From positions 1 to 41,956 of the forward strand of contig JYFJ02003419.1 in the NCBI GenBank assembly GCA_000934665.2: a stretch of 41,956 nt of DNA, in the 5' to 3' direction. Each line of letters begins with the position of its first letter. The stretch's first letter is position 1. A program made the position numbers and the translations under genes. Source of the stretch: Catajapyx aquilonaris. Taxonomy: Eukaryota. The notes beneath the pieces were generated by a model. That model saw only the letters and a program-made list of their open reading frames with translations, was not told the origin of the DNA and did no database searches. This document shows positions 1 through 10,262 of this stretch, piece after piece.

Positions 1-225
1 CGGTTATGAATTTTTTCAGGGCGAACAAAAAATGTCACTGAAAAATAGCCAGTGTCATTCGTCATCATTTCGACAGTGGTACTTCGTGTAATTTTTCTGT
101 AATAATCGGAGACCAAGCCCTGACAACTTTTCTGGATCTGGCCTGATTTGAAATGGAACCACCCAGTTGTATCACAGGGTAAATAAAAAATAATAATAAT
201 AAATAAATAAATAAAAAAAATTTAA

Positions 226-1071
226 GGGGGCACTACAGTCAAAATCAAGGGTTTTGTGAAAAATTGCCAAAAAAAAAAACCCAGTAGAGACAAGAAGTTG
301 GACTTTATTTTCAAAGACCAATTAGCGCCTATAATCGAATCACATTCGTGTGTCAAAGGGCCTCCAGGGCCGCGTGACGTCAAGCCACTGTGGGCACGAT
401 TTATGGCGCTGGGGTCAACCTACAACTGTCAGATTGGACCTCAGGCTTCCTTGAGCACGTAGTTTTTGTTTGACCTAGAATTATAATTTTTGAAATCATT
501 TAAGTATTTTTTTGACGATTTCAGTAAGATAACTACAAAATTAAGCAGTTTGAGAAAACATTTAATTAAAGTTACAAATAGAAGTAGTTCGAGCAGACTA
601 ATTCTTTTAGGCCGAATGATAGCGCCCTGTTTGAGGATAAATCTTGTGAAGTCCGTAGCTAAATTTTTGTGGCCTGGGCGATGTCGACAGTGTCCAAATC
701 CAGCAAACTGAGAAAAACGCGTTTAAATTTAAAAGTAGGGTAACGTAACAGAGTGCTAATGCGATTCAAAAATATGTTAGTGTGACACAGACACTCTGTG
801 GCCAGCAGGATTGGCGTAGTTGCCTCCGCATCCGCACAGGAGCAGCACCTGATGGCACTCATGCCAGCAGGTAGGTGGGGAGCGGAGGGGGAACCGAAGG
901 TCGTTGCCAGGCAAGGTTGCCAGGAGTCGGCTCCCGACGCGCCAATATTTTGAATTTCGGTACGCGGTTTGCCGTGTTCGACGCAGGAAAAGATGCTTGA
1001 TTTTTTTCAAAAAAAACAAAACAAACAAAAAAAAGCACTATTTTTTGAAGGTCGATGACTGTAGTGCCCCC
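226..1071. mobile_element. Non-autonomous DNA transposon (MITE) with TTAA target duplication, Kolobok-like
   Basis: Perfect 16-bp TIR GGGGGCACTACAGTCA (226-241) / TGACTGTAGTGCCCCC (1056-1071). TTAA on both sides (222-225, 1072-1075). Purine-purine termini with TTAA fit Kolobok better than piggyBac (CCY). No transposase ORF. Confidence 0.75.
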
Positions 1072-1492
1072 TTAATGGCGACAATATGTCCTCTGCATAA
1101 AATGAAGTGCAATTAATATTTTCAACATTATAGGTAAAGGTATAGATCACCTAGGCCCACCTAATGTACTCTATAACAGACGCACCTCACCTTGATTATA
1201 GCTTGGAGATTAAGCTTGGAGTCAAAAAAGTCCCCACGATACTAGTTAAGGGTAGGGGGTTAAGGGTTTAGGGTTAGAACTGGATAAAGGCATGTCCAAC
1301 TCGTCGTAATAGTGCAAATGGGTAAAGTGCCAATAAGCCCGCCGCAGGTGAAATTTGTTTTGTGTTCAAGGTCACACAAGCTGAGGTGAATGTAACTGAC
1401 AAAGTACAGTGGAATCATCCTACACTGTAAGCACATCGGATATAAGCAAGTAGAAAGATCGGTCCCTTCATATTTCCAGCAGTGCCAATGTA

Positions 1493-1579
1493 CTATGGGC
1501 GCCAAAAGAATGACCGGATTTGATGGGTATATGGCGCTATATACCCATCAACTCCGGTCAATTCTTTTGGCGCCCATAG
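1493..1579. mobile_element. 87-bp near-perfect palindromic mini-element with TA flanks
   Basis: TA|CTATGGGCGCCAAAAGAATGACCGGA...TCCGGTCAATTCTTTTGGCGCCCATAG|TA; essentially the whole element folds back on itself. Confidence 0.75.
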
Positions 1580-1759
1580 TACAACTGCAGTTGGATCCGA
1601 ATATAACAGACTTGTATGGTATTATCTGACTGCACTTTTTGCTTTTAGAATGCACAAATTGTGTAGAACTGCAAGCTACAGCAAGCCCTGAGAAGTAGTT
1701 CTTACTTACCTAATCAATGCGACTTTTGTGCCTGTTTCGAGTCACATAATTTTTGGATT

Positions 1760-1811
1760 CGCCCCGCGCCCCCCCTACCACCCCTTCACACCCACAGTTT
1801 GAGAACCGCTG
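1760..1811. mobile_element. Terminal fragment of a hAT (Charlie/MER5-like) MITE
   Basis: Ends in CCCACAGTTTGAGAACCGCTG, the reverse complement of a CAGCGGTTCTCAAAC hAT terminus like those at 16573 and 22872. The other end was not found. Confidence 0.45.
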
Positions 1812-2585
1812 GGTTAACATAATTGATCGTATGTTTAAAAAGATCATAAAGCTTTATTTTTTTAACTTGTTTTGGAAGAATTGTGGGCAACAACTGTATT
1901 ACTGATAATATTAGGCTGAGTGGAGAACATACTGTTAAATGAAGGGTACATTCTGTGATTGATTTAAGAAAGGCAGCTGCTAATTATTTTTCCTGTTGTT
2001 CCTAATAATTGTGCATAAAATGTGATATTTAGTGTTTATTCTCTGACTTGCGAATATCTGGATTTGAAAGCTGCATAGTTGTAATTTTAATATTATTTAA
2101 AATGAACTTAGATTATGGAAGAATTATTGAGTTGCAAATTTTAATTTCAAACTGAAGTTAAATGATACTGGTGATTGCATACTACTGGTTGAGCATGGTA
2201 GTACTCTATTTGAAGGGATGTCGTATTGTGTAACCAGTAGTGTGCTGTCAAGTAGTTCATTAACTTTTGTGATTTAGTAAACAGCATGCTCTTGAAAAAA
2301 GGTGGGCTCTCTGCGATTGCTATTGAAATTAATGTATTGATTAATGTTCTTACTGTCGCACTTTCAAAAAAGGACTCATCTGCACATAGCAATAAAGTCA
2401 CTTGACCTTACAGCTTTGTGCGGATTTGTTGTTTTTTGAAAGTATAGCAGATTAGTTTTTTCTCTGGTCATTATAGGTTTGAAGAATATTGCTAATTCCT
2501 AACTTTCAAATCAGTTCTTACAATATATTCTATTCAAAGAACAAATAGGTAATTTTTATTTCATTTTAAAACCTGCTAATTGTAC

Positions 2586-3768
2586 GTGGGTTGATTCGTA
2601 AGTCGTTGCGCGTATATTTTTATTCAAAAACAGTAACACATACAGAGATGACCTTTGCAGCTCCGGCGATTACAATTTGATCTGGCATATAGATGTCGCC
2701 CATATCGCACGGGAGGCAGGGAAACAAAAGGGGATCGTGACCCCTACACCGCACCATCGCCCTAAGAAGGCCCAAGCCTGACGTGCTTGGAGCTGTTGGA
2801 CGCTGCATGCTGGGCACTCGGAGATGGACAACACTGGAGCTTGCTTTTGAATGTGGCACGAGTCAGAGCACTATGCTTAGCCATCGGACGGTGACGTGCG
2901 AAATGTTCGCTCTCTAGTGACGTGGGCACTTTTTGTGACCAAGCCATAATTTTTGTTCTATCTGGTGAAATATAGCACATTTAGGCTTCACCTTTGAGAC
3001 AATCATAGTGTGATTCCTTCTATGACAAATAGCGTTTAGTTTGCATTTTTTTAGCAAATAGTGCGATCAGAAAAAAAATTGGAAAGAAAATGAGTCGGGC
3101 CCAACTCCCGGGGTTAGGGGGCATTCCACCCCTTGGCGGCCTGGGATGCCACCGGGAGCCGCCAGACCGGATCTTGGTCGGGCCCCAACTACACATTGCT
3201 GCCTAATTTATTTTTTCCTGGTCGTGCTATTTGCTCAATAAATTTAAACTAAACGTCATTCATCACAGAAATAGTCAAACGAAAATGTTCTCAAAGATGA
3301 ATCTCGAATGTCCTAAATGTTCCAAGTTGTAGCAAAACAAAGTGTCGTTGGTCACAAAATGTGCCCATGTCACCGTCTGAGGGTTAGGACTCAGAGAGAC
3401 TGAAAGGTCTCATGAAGTTGGCATCCTCACTGGTTCCTCACCATCTCTTTGAGGTGCAAAAGAGCCAGCATTTTGCCTTCGCTTGGAACTCGATCGCATT
3501 GAGGGCGATGTTTTTTTTTCAAACGGTTTGTGGCGATGGATGACACATGGCTCTGGCCATAGTTCTCTGACTTGTCCCACACTCAAAAGCAAGTTCTTGC
3601 TGACTTTGATCCTTGCCTCCCCTGCGATATGGGTGATCTCTATCTGCCAGATCAAATTGTAATAGTCAGATCAAATTGTCAATCTTCAAAACTCAGCAAA
3701 GGTCATCTCTGTGAGTGTTACCGTTTTTGAATTTAAAAATACGCGCAATGACTTATGAATCAACCCCC
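2586..3768. mobile_element. Old ~1.2-kb foldback/MITE with long degenerate inverted arms
   Basis: GGGTTGATTCGTAAGTCGTTGCGCGTA (2588-) mirrors TACGCGCAATGACTTATGAATCAACCCC (-3767). Inverted similarity continues at ~2620-2720 vs ~3610-3730 and ~2920-3075 vs ~3205-3372. Confidence 0.7.
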
Positions 3769-4171
3769 ATATTTGGAACAACTTGCACTAAAAATGGTCA
3801 AGGAGGGCATGGCAAAATCAGCCCCATAACAGGTCCTTTCTGCACCTAGACATAAGCTTGGAACTATGGATCAGAGGTCAGGGATTGAACCCCTATTTTT
3901 CCAATCAGATGCCCTACAGAGTAAATGTGGATGATAGCTTGAGCAGAATGACAGAAATCTGATCATTTATTGTTATCACGATATGTCCTATAGCTATAGT
4001 TTTTACATGCCAGTTTTCCTCAGTACTTGGGAGTTTAAGGGAATGTATAAACGATGACCCAGTGCTAGCCGCCTCTCTGTTCTTCTCCTTCCCTTCTTTC
4101 TCGTTATAAACAACATCGTGCACTGCTGCCACCAATCTGTGTTGTGTCCTGTTGCAACCAACTGGCACAAG

Positions 4172-4584
4172 TGTTGAGCGAGGAGCGTGTGACAGGCACT
4201 GTGACAACGGAACTTCGGCAGGAGGGCAGCCAGGGGGATCTTCAGGGCCGCATCAGCTATGAGAATCGTGGAGAGTGCTTTTTTCTTCCTTACTGTGCAG
4301 AAGATGTGGAGGGTCATGTGACTCTGCGTTCAGGGGACAAGGTCAGTTTCCAGATAGCCACCAACCAGCGCTCAGGGAATCTGGCTGCCAGGCATGTGCG
4401 CCTGGAGAACCCTGCCCATCCTGTTCGCTACCAAGGTGTAGTGTGTTCCATGAAGGAGAGCTTCGGGTTCATTGAGAGGGCGGATGTGGTGAAAGAAATA
4501 TTTTTTCACTTCTCTGAAGCAAAAGGAGTCCGGGATGAACTCAAACTTGGAGACGATGTTGAGTTCTCCATACAGACTAGGAAT
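4172..4584 (+). CDS. CSDE1: CSDE1/Unr coding exon (non-canonical CSD2 + most of CSD3); first exon visible in window
   Basis: Translates (V)LSEERVTGTVTTE...GRISYENRGECFFLPY...YQGVVCSMKESFGFIERADVVKEIFFHFSE...DDVEFSIQTRN, matching Drosophila Unr/human CSDE1 with RNP1 FGF and RNP2 FFHF motifs. Donor AAT|GTGAGT at 4585 (phase 0). The acceptor (AAG at 4169-4171) is less certain. Confidence 0.93.
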
Positions 4585-4845
4585 GTGAGTCCAAGTTACC
4601 TTATCTGATTTTGTTTTATGGTGTAATTGAAACTCAACTTAGAGATAATGGGGGATTGTAGTTTTCTTTAGTTTTTGTGTAAGGAGATTCTATTGATGTA
4701 TTTGGTTTTCTTGCATGAAGAAATAGTAGAGTAGGAAATATTATTGCTAAAGAATTAGGTTTTTTGTGTTCCTTCGGGCTAGAAACACTTATTTGCAGTG
4801 TATATGATTATTACAACCACTGACATTTCCTGCCTTTCCTTCCAG

Positions 4846-5072
4846 GGCAAAGAAGTGGCTTGCAACATTTGCCGCCTTCCTGGTGGTACAGTAGTGTTTG
4901 AAGATGTGGGAAAGGAGGTTACAAAAGGCCAGGTTCTAAAACCCATCAAAAAGGGCCAGCAGTGGAATCAGAGTGATCCTCTTCCTGGGAGAATACGCTA
5001 CCGGGGTCATGATAGGAGTGAAGTTGAGATACCATATGGGGAGAAGGACCAGAAGGGAGACTTCACCCTCAG
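4846..5072 (+). CDS. CSDE1: CSDE1/Unr coding exon (end of CSD3, ncCSD4)
   Basis: Acceptor TTCCTTCCAG|GGC. Encodes GKEVACNICRLPGGTVVFEDV...DPLPGRIRYR...KDQKGDFTLR. Donor AG|GTAAGT (phase 2). Confidence 0.96.
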
Positions 5073-5124
5073 GTAAGTTGGCCCTTCAGTCTGAAAGGGC
5101 ATGATCCCATTTCTTGGGCAAAAA

Positions 5125-5978
5125 TGGCCTTGAGTCAAACACGTCAGATGCCTTCTTGGCTGACTACCTTGTTGAAAAGGGGTTAAAAATTAATATAAGG
5201 AAGACTAAAGTGATAATTTTTCGAAAAAAAGGGAAGACTCCCACAAAAAGTTAAGTTCCATTGGCAAAACAATACAGCCATAGAAGTCTGCTCTCAATAT
5301 AAATACTTGGGAGTTATTTTTTCATCATCAACGTCATCTAGGAAAATGATGGAAGCTACGTACTCGAAAGCAAATGGAATTATAAACTCTGTAAGGCCTA
5401 CTCTAGTTAAACTAAAAATTCGTAACTTTGCACATGCAATAAAAATGTTCAATTCACAAGTTCTCCCTGCGGTTTTATATGCGCCCCAATATGGTCTCGG
5501 GGACATGTACTGGAGATTGAAAAAATCCAAACCCAATTTATTAAGAAATTTTTATCTCATCCAAAAAGAGCTGCGGGATATTTTGCAAGGCTTGAAAAAG
5601 GCAGGTGGCACTTATTTGTGAACATAGCAAAACAGCTGATTCCATTTTTAATAAGAATAGACAATCTGCCCTGTGATCGTCTTTCCTACCAAGCATTAAA
5701 TTTTACAAGATCTACAGCTGCTGTAGAAATAGAATGGACCTGAAACTAAATTGGCTGGCACATAATATGGGGGTGGATGGTAAGAGATTGTTGGAGGAAC
5801 AGAGGGCACTGGACTCAGGGAAATTAATAATAACCTTAATTGACTACTCACTCCATATCGATCGAATTGGGTATGAAAAGTCAAAGAAATACTATTATTA
5901 TGAGGACTATTATAATGGAGTGCTGCAAGCGGAATATGTCCAATTCAATTTACCCATAAATATGATAAGACTAATAGC
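5125..5978 (+). mobile_element. Decayed non-LTR retrotransposon (LINE) fragment: end of reverse transcriptase and downstream region
   Basis: Frameshifted reading DYLVEKGLKINIRKTKVIIFRKKG ... YKYLGVIFSS ... KMFNSQVLPAVLYA, typical late RT-domain motifs (L.IN..KTK, YKYLG, LLY). Clade not assignable by eye. Confidence 0.75.
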
Positions 5979-6622
5979 CAGGGTTGTGAACCGAACCGAA
6001 CCCTTGCTCCGTGAACCCGATAACATCGAACCCGCTCCGGAGCAGTAGAGTCGGAGTCTGGAGCGAGCGTCGGAATGGGGACGGGTTCAAGCCGGTTCCG
6101 GAGTTGAGTGGAGCCAAGGCCGGAGCGAGTCCGGAGCAAGCGCCGGAACGGGGTTCGCATTTTTTGTATGTTACAATATCATATTATTGTAACATACAAA
6201 AAATGCATATGACATGAGAATGTGACATCCAATAAATGCGTATGGCATATTGTAGCATACAAAAATGTGCATGACATATTGTAACATACCAAAATGCGCA
6301 TGACATGAAAATGTGACATTTGCGGTACACCCTGTATCGCGGGTGCTTGGAAATGTCATTCTCCCACCATGAAAACGTGATGCATACTCTGGAGTAAATC
6401 CATTGGTTTTACTGCCTTTCCTTCTGTTAGGTTGGTATGTAGTACCTAACCAAGCTTTGAACCGCTCCGAACCCACTCCAGATCCCGCTCCGAACCCCGC
6501 TTCTGAACCGGGTTTAACTCCGGAGCCGTTCGCTCCGGATCCACTCCGACCTTCGCTCCACTCTTCCCCTGAACCGGCTTGAACCCGAACCCCGTTCCGA
6601 CGCTCGCTCCGGACTCCGACTA
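5979..6622. mobile_element. GC-rich hAT-like MITE with internal inverted arms and central tandem repeats, right end deleted
   Basis: Starts CAGGGTTGTGAACCG. 6049-6160 is inverted at ~6490-6621 (GTCGGAGTCTGGAGCGAGCGTCGGAA / TTCCGACGCTCGCTCCGGACTCCGAC). Three ~29-bp ATATTGTAACATACAAAAATG units lie at ~6184-6304. No right TIR. Confidence 0.6.
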
Positions 6623-6643
6623 AGTGAGAATTTTTTCATCACC

Positions 6644-6852
6644 AGGGATTTAGAGCCTAGCGATTACCACCTGTCTATGGACAGGGAGAAATGGCTTGCA
6701 AAGCAGAAGGTTGATGATGATGAGGAGTTGCAATCCAGCGTTCAGGGATCATGGAAATGGCTAGCGGCAGACTTCTATGACACAGGCATACAAAATATTG
6801 TGTAACTCAATGAAAAATGCCCCAGTTTGGCTGGAAACTCTTTTGAAAAAAA
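6644..6852 (+). pseudogene. Relic of mariner transposase C-terminus
   Basis: Reads RDLEPSDYHLSMDREKWLAKQKVDDDEELQSSVQGSWKWLAADFYDTGIQNIV*LNEKCPSLAGNSFEK, resembling the mariner YSPDLAPSDYHLF...FY..GI..L..R..KC....G.Y.EK end. Contains a stop. Confidence 0.8.
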
Positions 6853-6889
6853 GTTGACAGTTGTCTATTTCAGATGTGTAAATCAAAAT

Positions 6890-7540
6890 GGAGTCCTAGC
6901 CTTGGTCTGGGATTTGGGATTTTTGTTCATAAATAGCTAGCCCATGCCTGTAAACAAACATTCCATCACTCTGTTGCATCAAAATGACATTACTGGATAA
7001 ATTACCGCTGACACGATGGAAAACATTTGCAAAGCGGTTGTAGGCCATCGAGGTGGAGAAAGGGGGCCTTTATGTGCGGAATGCGGGAGACAGAACATTC
7101 CGACCGGTTGGGACCACTGCCGGGTAATAATATACCTGAAGTGCTTTGAACAGCTTAGAGTAAAAACGTGCTCCAGCTGCCATCTTGCTTACGCTTCTTC
7201 ACTCCCTACGGCACACAACGGGGTGGGTTTGCCCCGGGGCGACCTGCCCGCCCTCCGAACCGCACTGGCACCACAGGCACCAGGAATAGGAGGGTTGTTT
7301 ACAATAACGAAGCATTTTACGACCATGTCGGGGCACGTTCTATAACATCAATCTTGCCTTCATTTCCCTTTGCGTGACGTCAACATTTCGCTAGGATACA
7401 GGGACGTCGCCATATCCTACCGAAAAAATGCAAATCGCTCCGGAACTGAAACTGATTTCTTAAAACGGAATACGCCAAAAAAAATCAAAAAAATGTGTCC
7501 GAATTTATGATGTAGTTTCCAAAATGAAGTCCAGGACCCA
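6890..7540 (+). mobile_element. MITE family A, diverged subfamily copy (AT-flanked, ISL2EU-like)
   Basis: Ends are homologous to the copies at 12799-13462 and 38478-39157 (CCTTGGTCTGGGATTTGGGATTTTTGTTCATAA...; ...TGTAGTTTCCAAAATGAAG). The central ~300 bp is diverged. Confidence 0.8.
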
Positions 7541-8031
7541 ATTATGGGGGTGCATTGTGGTTTTTCTAATAAAAAACCAGAACTTACTTTCTGGACGTGC
7601 CTTGTCCATTGCTACAGTTGACCAATGCAATGGTTCAAAACAATAGTGAGGGGTCACTGCAAAGCTGAGACAGTGAGCCATCTGAAATGCCCTTGTAATG
7701 GCCTGATTCACTGCAAAAATCCACCCACATCTATATGTTTCCCCAGCAACTGATGACATTACAAGTAATGATTGCAAGGGAGACTGGATTAGGTGGGGGG
7801 TACTGCTTCTCTGTTCCCTACATTTTAACTAGGATGACAGCATTTTTATCATGGCACAGGCCATTTTTATATATCAGGATTTGTACAATTTCTATGCATT
7901 ATTTCAACATTTTTAAATCTGGAGATAGCGGCCCTTTAAAATAGGTGTTCTTTGTGATTAATATATCAGATTTTATGAAGTGATAATTTTATCACGTTTT
8001 TGTTTGACTGTGGGATGTTATTTTCTTGCAG

Positions 8032-8293
8032 GCATGGTGACTGGGTCCAGTTTTGTATTGCAACCGACCGTCGTGACCAGCTGCAGCGTGCAACCCGCAT
8101 TACCCTCTTAGAAGAGTCATTTGTGGTGTCTGGAGAGAAGAGAGAACAAGGCGTGATAGTGGTCCTGAAGGAAGGGTTTGGATTCCTCCGATGTGTAGAG
8201 AGAGATCCACGGATGTTCTTTCACTTCAGTGAAGTACTTGATGTTGATAGGGATGTCTGCATCAATGATGAGGTGGAGTTCACTGTTGTGCAG
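8032..8293 (+). CDS. CSDE1: CSDE1/Unr coding exon (end ncCSD4, CSD5)
   Basis: Acceptor TTTTCTTGCAG|G completes Arg from the phase-2 donor at 5072. Encodes [21 protein letters not shown]...[23 protein letters not shown]...DEVEFTVVQ. Donor CAG|GTGAGT. Confidence 0.97.
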
Positions 8294-8361
8294 GTGAGTT
8301 GATTTTCTTCCCATGAAAAGAATGTAATACCTGACAATGCTTAATACATGGCTTGAATCAG

Positions 8362-8520
8362 GATGCAACAACCCCGAACCGGCAGAGTGCCATTCGCATT
8401 AAGCATTTGCAGTCAGGAAGCGTTCAGTTTGAAACCATCACACACAGAGATGTTGAAGGAATCGTCACTAGGGAGGCAGCCAACAGCTGGGGTCAACGTT
8501 CAAATGGAAAGTCTGTTCAG
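8362..8520 (+). CDS. CSDE1: CSDE1/Unr coding exon (end CSD5, start ncCSD6)
   Basis: Follows a 68-bp intron. Acceptor ATCAG|GAT. Encodes DATTPNRQSAIRIKHLQSGSVQFETI...EGIVTREA...KSVQ. Donor CAG|GTAAGT; 159 nt, phase 0-0. Confidence 0.94.
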
Positions 8521-9580
8521 GTAAGTTCACTGACATCTGCAGAAGCAGCAGTTACAGTAGCCACACAAAAAGAACATTATGTGAACGCTTGGCATGCTCC
8601 GCCACTACCACTCCTTTTAACAATTGGCTGATAACACAGCGCAACAAAAAAAACATTTCGGCATGTTACTCGGAAACCACTATGTAGATCATGTTAGTAG
8701 GACCCAAAGTAGCTGGGAATCACCCAGGATGTCTTTCCCAAAATGTGCAGGGGGTCAGGGTGACCAAAAATCCGAAAAATTCAAAATATTGATTTTTTTT
8801 TGGCTATTTCCAGGTCTGGCAACCACTGTAAGTTTCGGATTTGGTTTTTGCTGGCATTAGGTGTTACCTGGGACTAGTCTGAAGCCACTATGGTGTTTAA
8901 AGTCAATCTTTTATAGAAACTGTAGGTTTTCCAGGGTTGTTTTTATGGGAAAAATTCCGTTTTTTGGTACTTTTTCGTCAATTTTTGGGGAACAGTGTAT
9001 GGACTTTTTTTTAAAAAAGTGTAGCGTAATGGGCTCTTTAGAGACCCTACAATCAAGGAATAATAGTAGAACTTTCCTATGCAACCCGAGTACGCGTGTG
9101 CAAAAGCCTAATCTTGGGTAAAATCGCGTTTTTTCGCATTTTTGGTGATTTGACTTTTTTCAACATTTAAAACCAAATATTCCTCGGTTTTAAAATAAAT
9201 GAATTCTTCTTGGTCTAACAAGCTGTCAGGGACCCCCATAGTATGGAAAAAGACAACGATTTCCATAAGCAACCCATGTACGCGTGTATTTTTTTTTTGT
9301 ACGCGTACTCCCATGTAGCTGCTGCGCCTACGGTAGACCGGCCTTATCTGAGCCGTTGTCGGGTGCAGCCCAAGCCTTTTGGATCGGGTGGTCTACCTAA
9401 GGCGATGGCGGTGATTGGCTGCTAGGGGACAGCCCAGGACTTGCTTCTGAGTGGACTACCGGCCGCGAAAATAGTCCCCCAGTATCTGTGGCTTTCTCGA
9501 ATAAACAGTGCTGGTACATGTAATTCAACTGCCTAATTATCACGGGCAGCCCATGTGGTAGCTGCACATATTGCACATTG

Positions 9581-9851
9581 TAATAATAATAATAATGGAT
9601 ACCCCGTGATAGGCCCCTTGGGCCTCTTAGGGGATCATCTTTTGAATACCCGACTTTAATCATTTGCCTGTAATGTGATGGATTTTGATAGTGGGAGGAA
9701 ACGGGAGAACACTGAGAAAACCCACGCGAAAACGGAGAGAACCCATCGAAACTCGATCCATATAAGTATCCTCCGTCCGACCCGGGGATCGAACTCGGGA
9801 CCTTAGAGGTGGAAGGCTGCGGCGCTAACCACTCGGCCACTGTGTCGCCCT
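9581..9851 (-). mobile_element. tRNA-derived SINE (V-domain-like core), full length
   Basis: Minus strand has A-box TGGCCGAGTGG, B-box GAGTTCGATCCC, core GCGTGGGTTTTCTC...CCCGTTTCCTCCCAC and an (ATT)n tail. Flanked by a perfect 14-bp TSD CATATTGCACATTG (9567-9580, 9852-9865). Confidence 0.9.
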
Positions 9852-10262
9852 CATATTGCACATTGCTGTGAGGAGCGGAGTAGGGCCCGGCATGGTAGGG
9901 ACTATTTTCGGGCGGCTCACCCCCTCGGTCCCATGTAGTGCCCGGTAGTCAGTCCCATGTAGCAGTGGCAAAAGTGGGAGCAGGCTTTGCGTACACAGGC
10001 CTTGCTTAGGAGGCCTGGGTCAGGACGATTTTTAGTCCCATGTAAACGTACTCAATGACCTCACCCACGACAGTGCACTGCACTTTACACATCCCCTCCT
10101 TGTCACCCTGCCCGTGGGCCCGGGCGATTCGCTATCTGGTCCTGATGTATACTAATGTATATGAGTAATAAAGGTCCGTGCCATATAACTCGGAAAGAGT
10201 TAGTGCACTACCCGGATTATATTATCTCTAAAACTAGAGGAAGACTTGCCCTTTCATATGTG

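Noticed and set aside
1244..1278. Telomere-like TTAGGG/TTAAGGG repeats (similar at 27253 and 35498-35522)
   Set aside because: Only a few degenerate units; such GGTTAG runs are common inside MITE-type repeats, and no boundaries could be defined.
1..4068. CSDE1 start codon and CSD1 exon
   Set aside because: No GIIEKLL/SYGFIQC/LFFHFS-like coding sequence was found; these exons must lie upstream of the window.
9770..9851. Possible tRNA genes here and at 11344, 37932 and 41659
   Set aside because: A/B boxes are present but there is no proper acceptor stem or cloverleaf. Three of the four continue into SINE bodies with simple-repeat tails and TSDs; the 41659 copy shows only the head clearly.
8690..10053. 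Additional DNA-transposon-like sequence (repeated CCCATGTA motifs, end ...CATGTAAACGTACTC)
   Set aside because: Probably repeat-derived, but I could not pair termini or find a TSD, so it is not listed as a feature.
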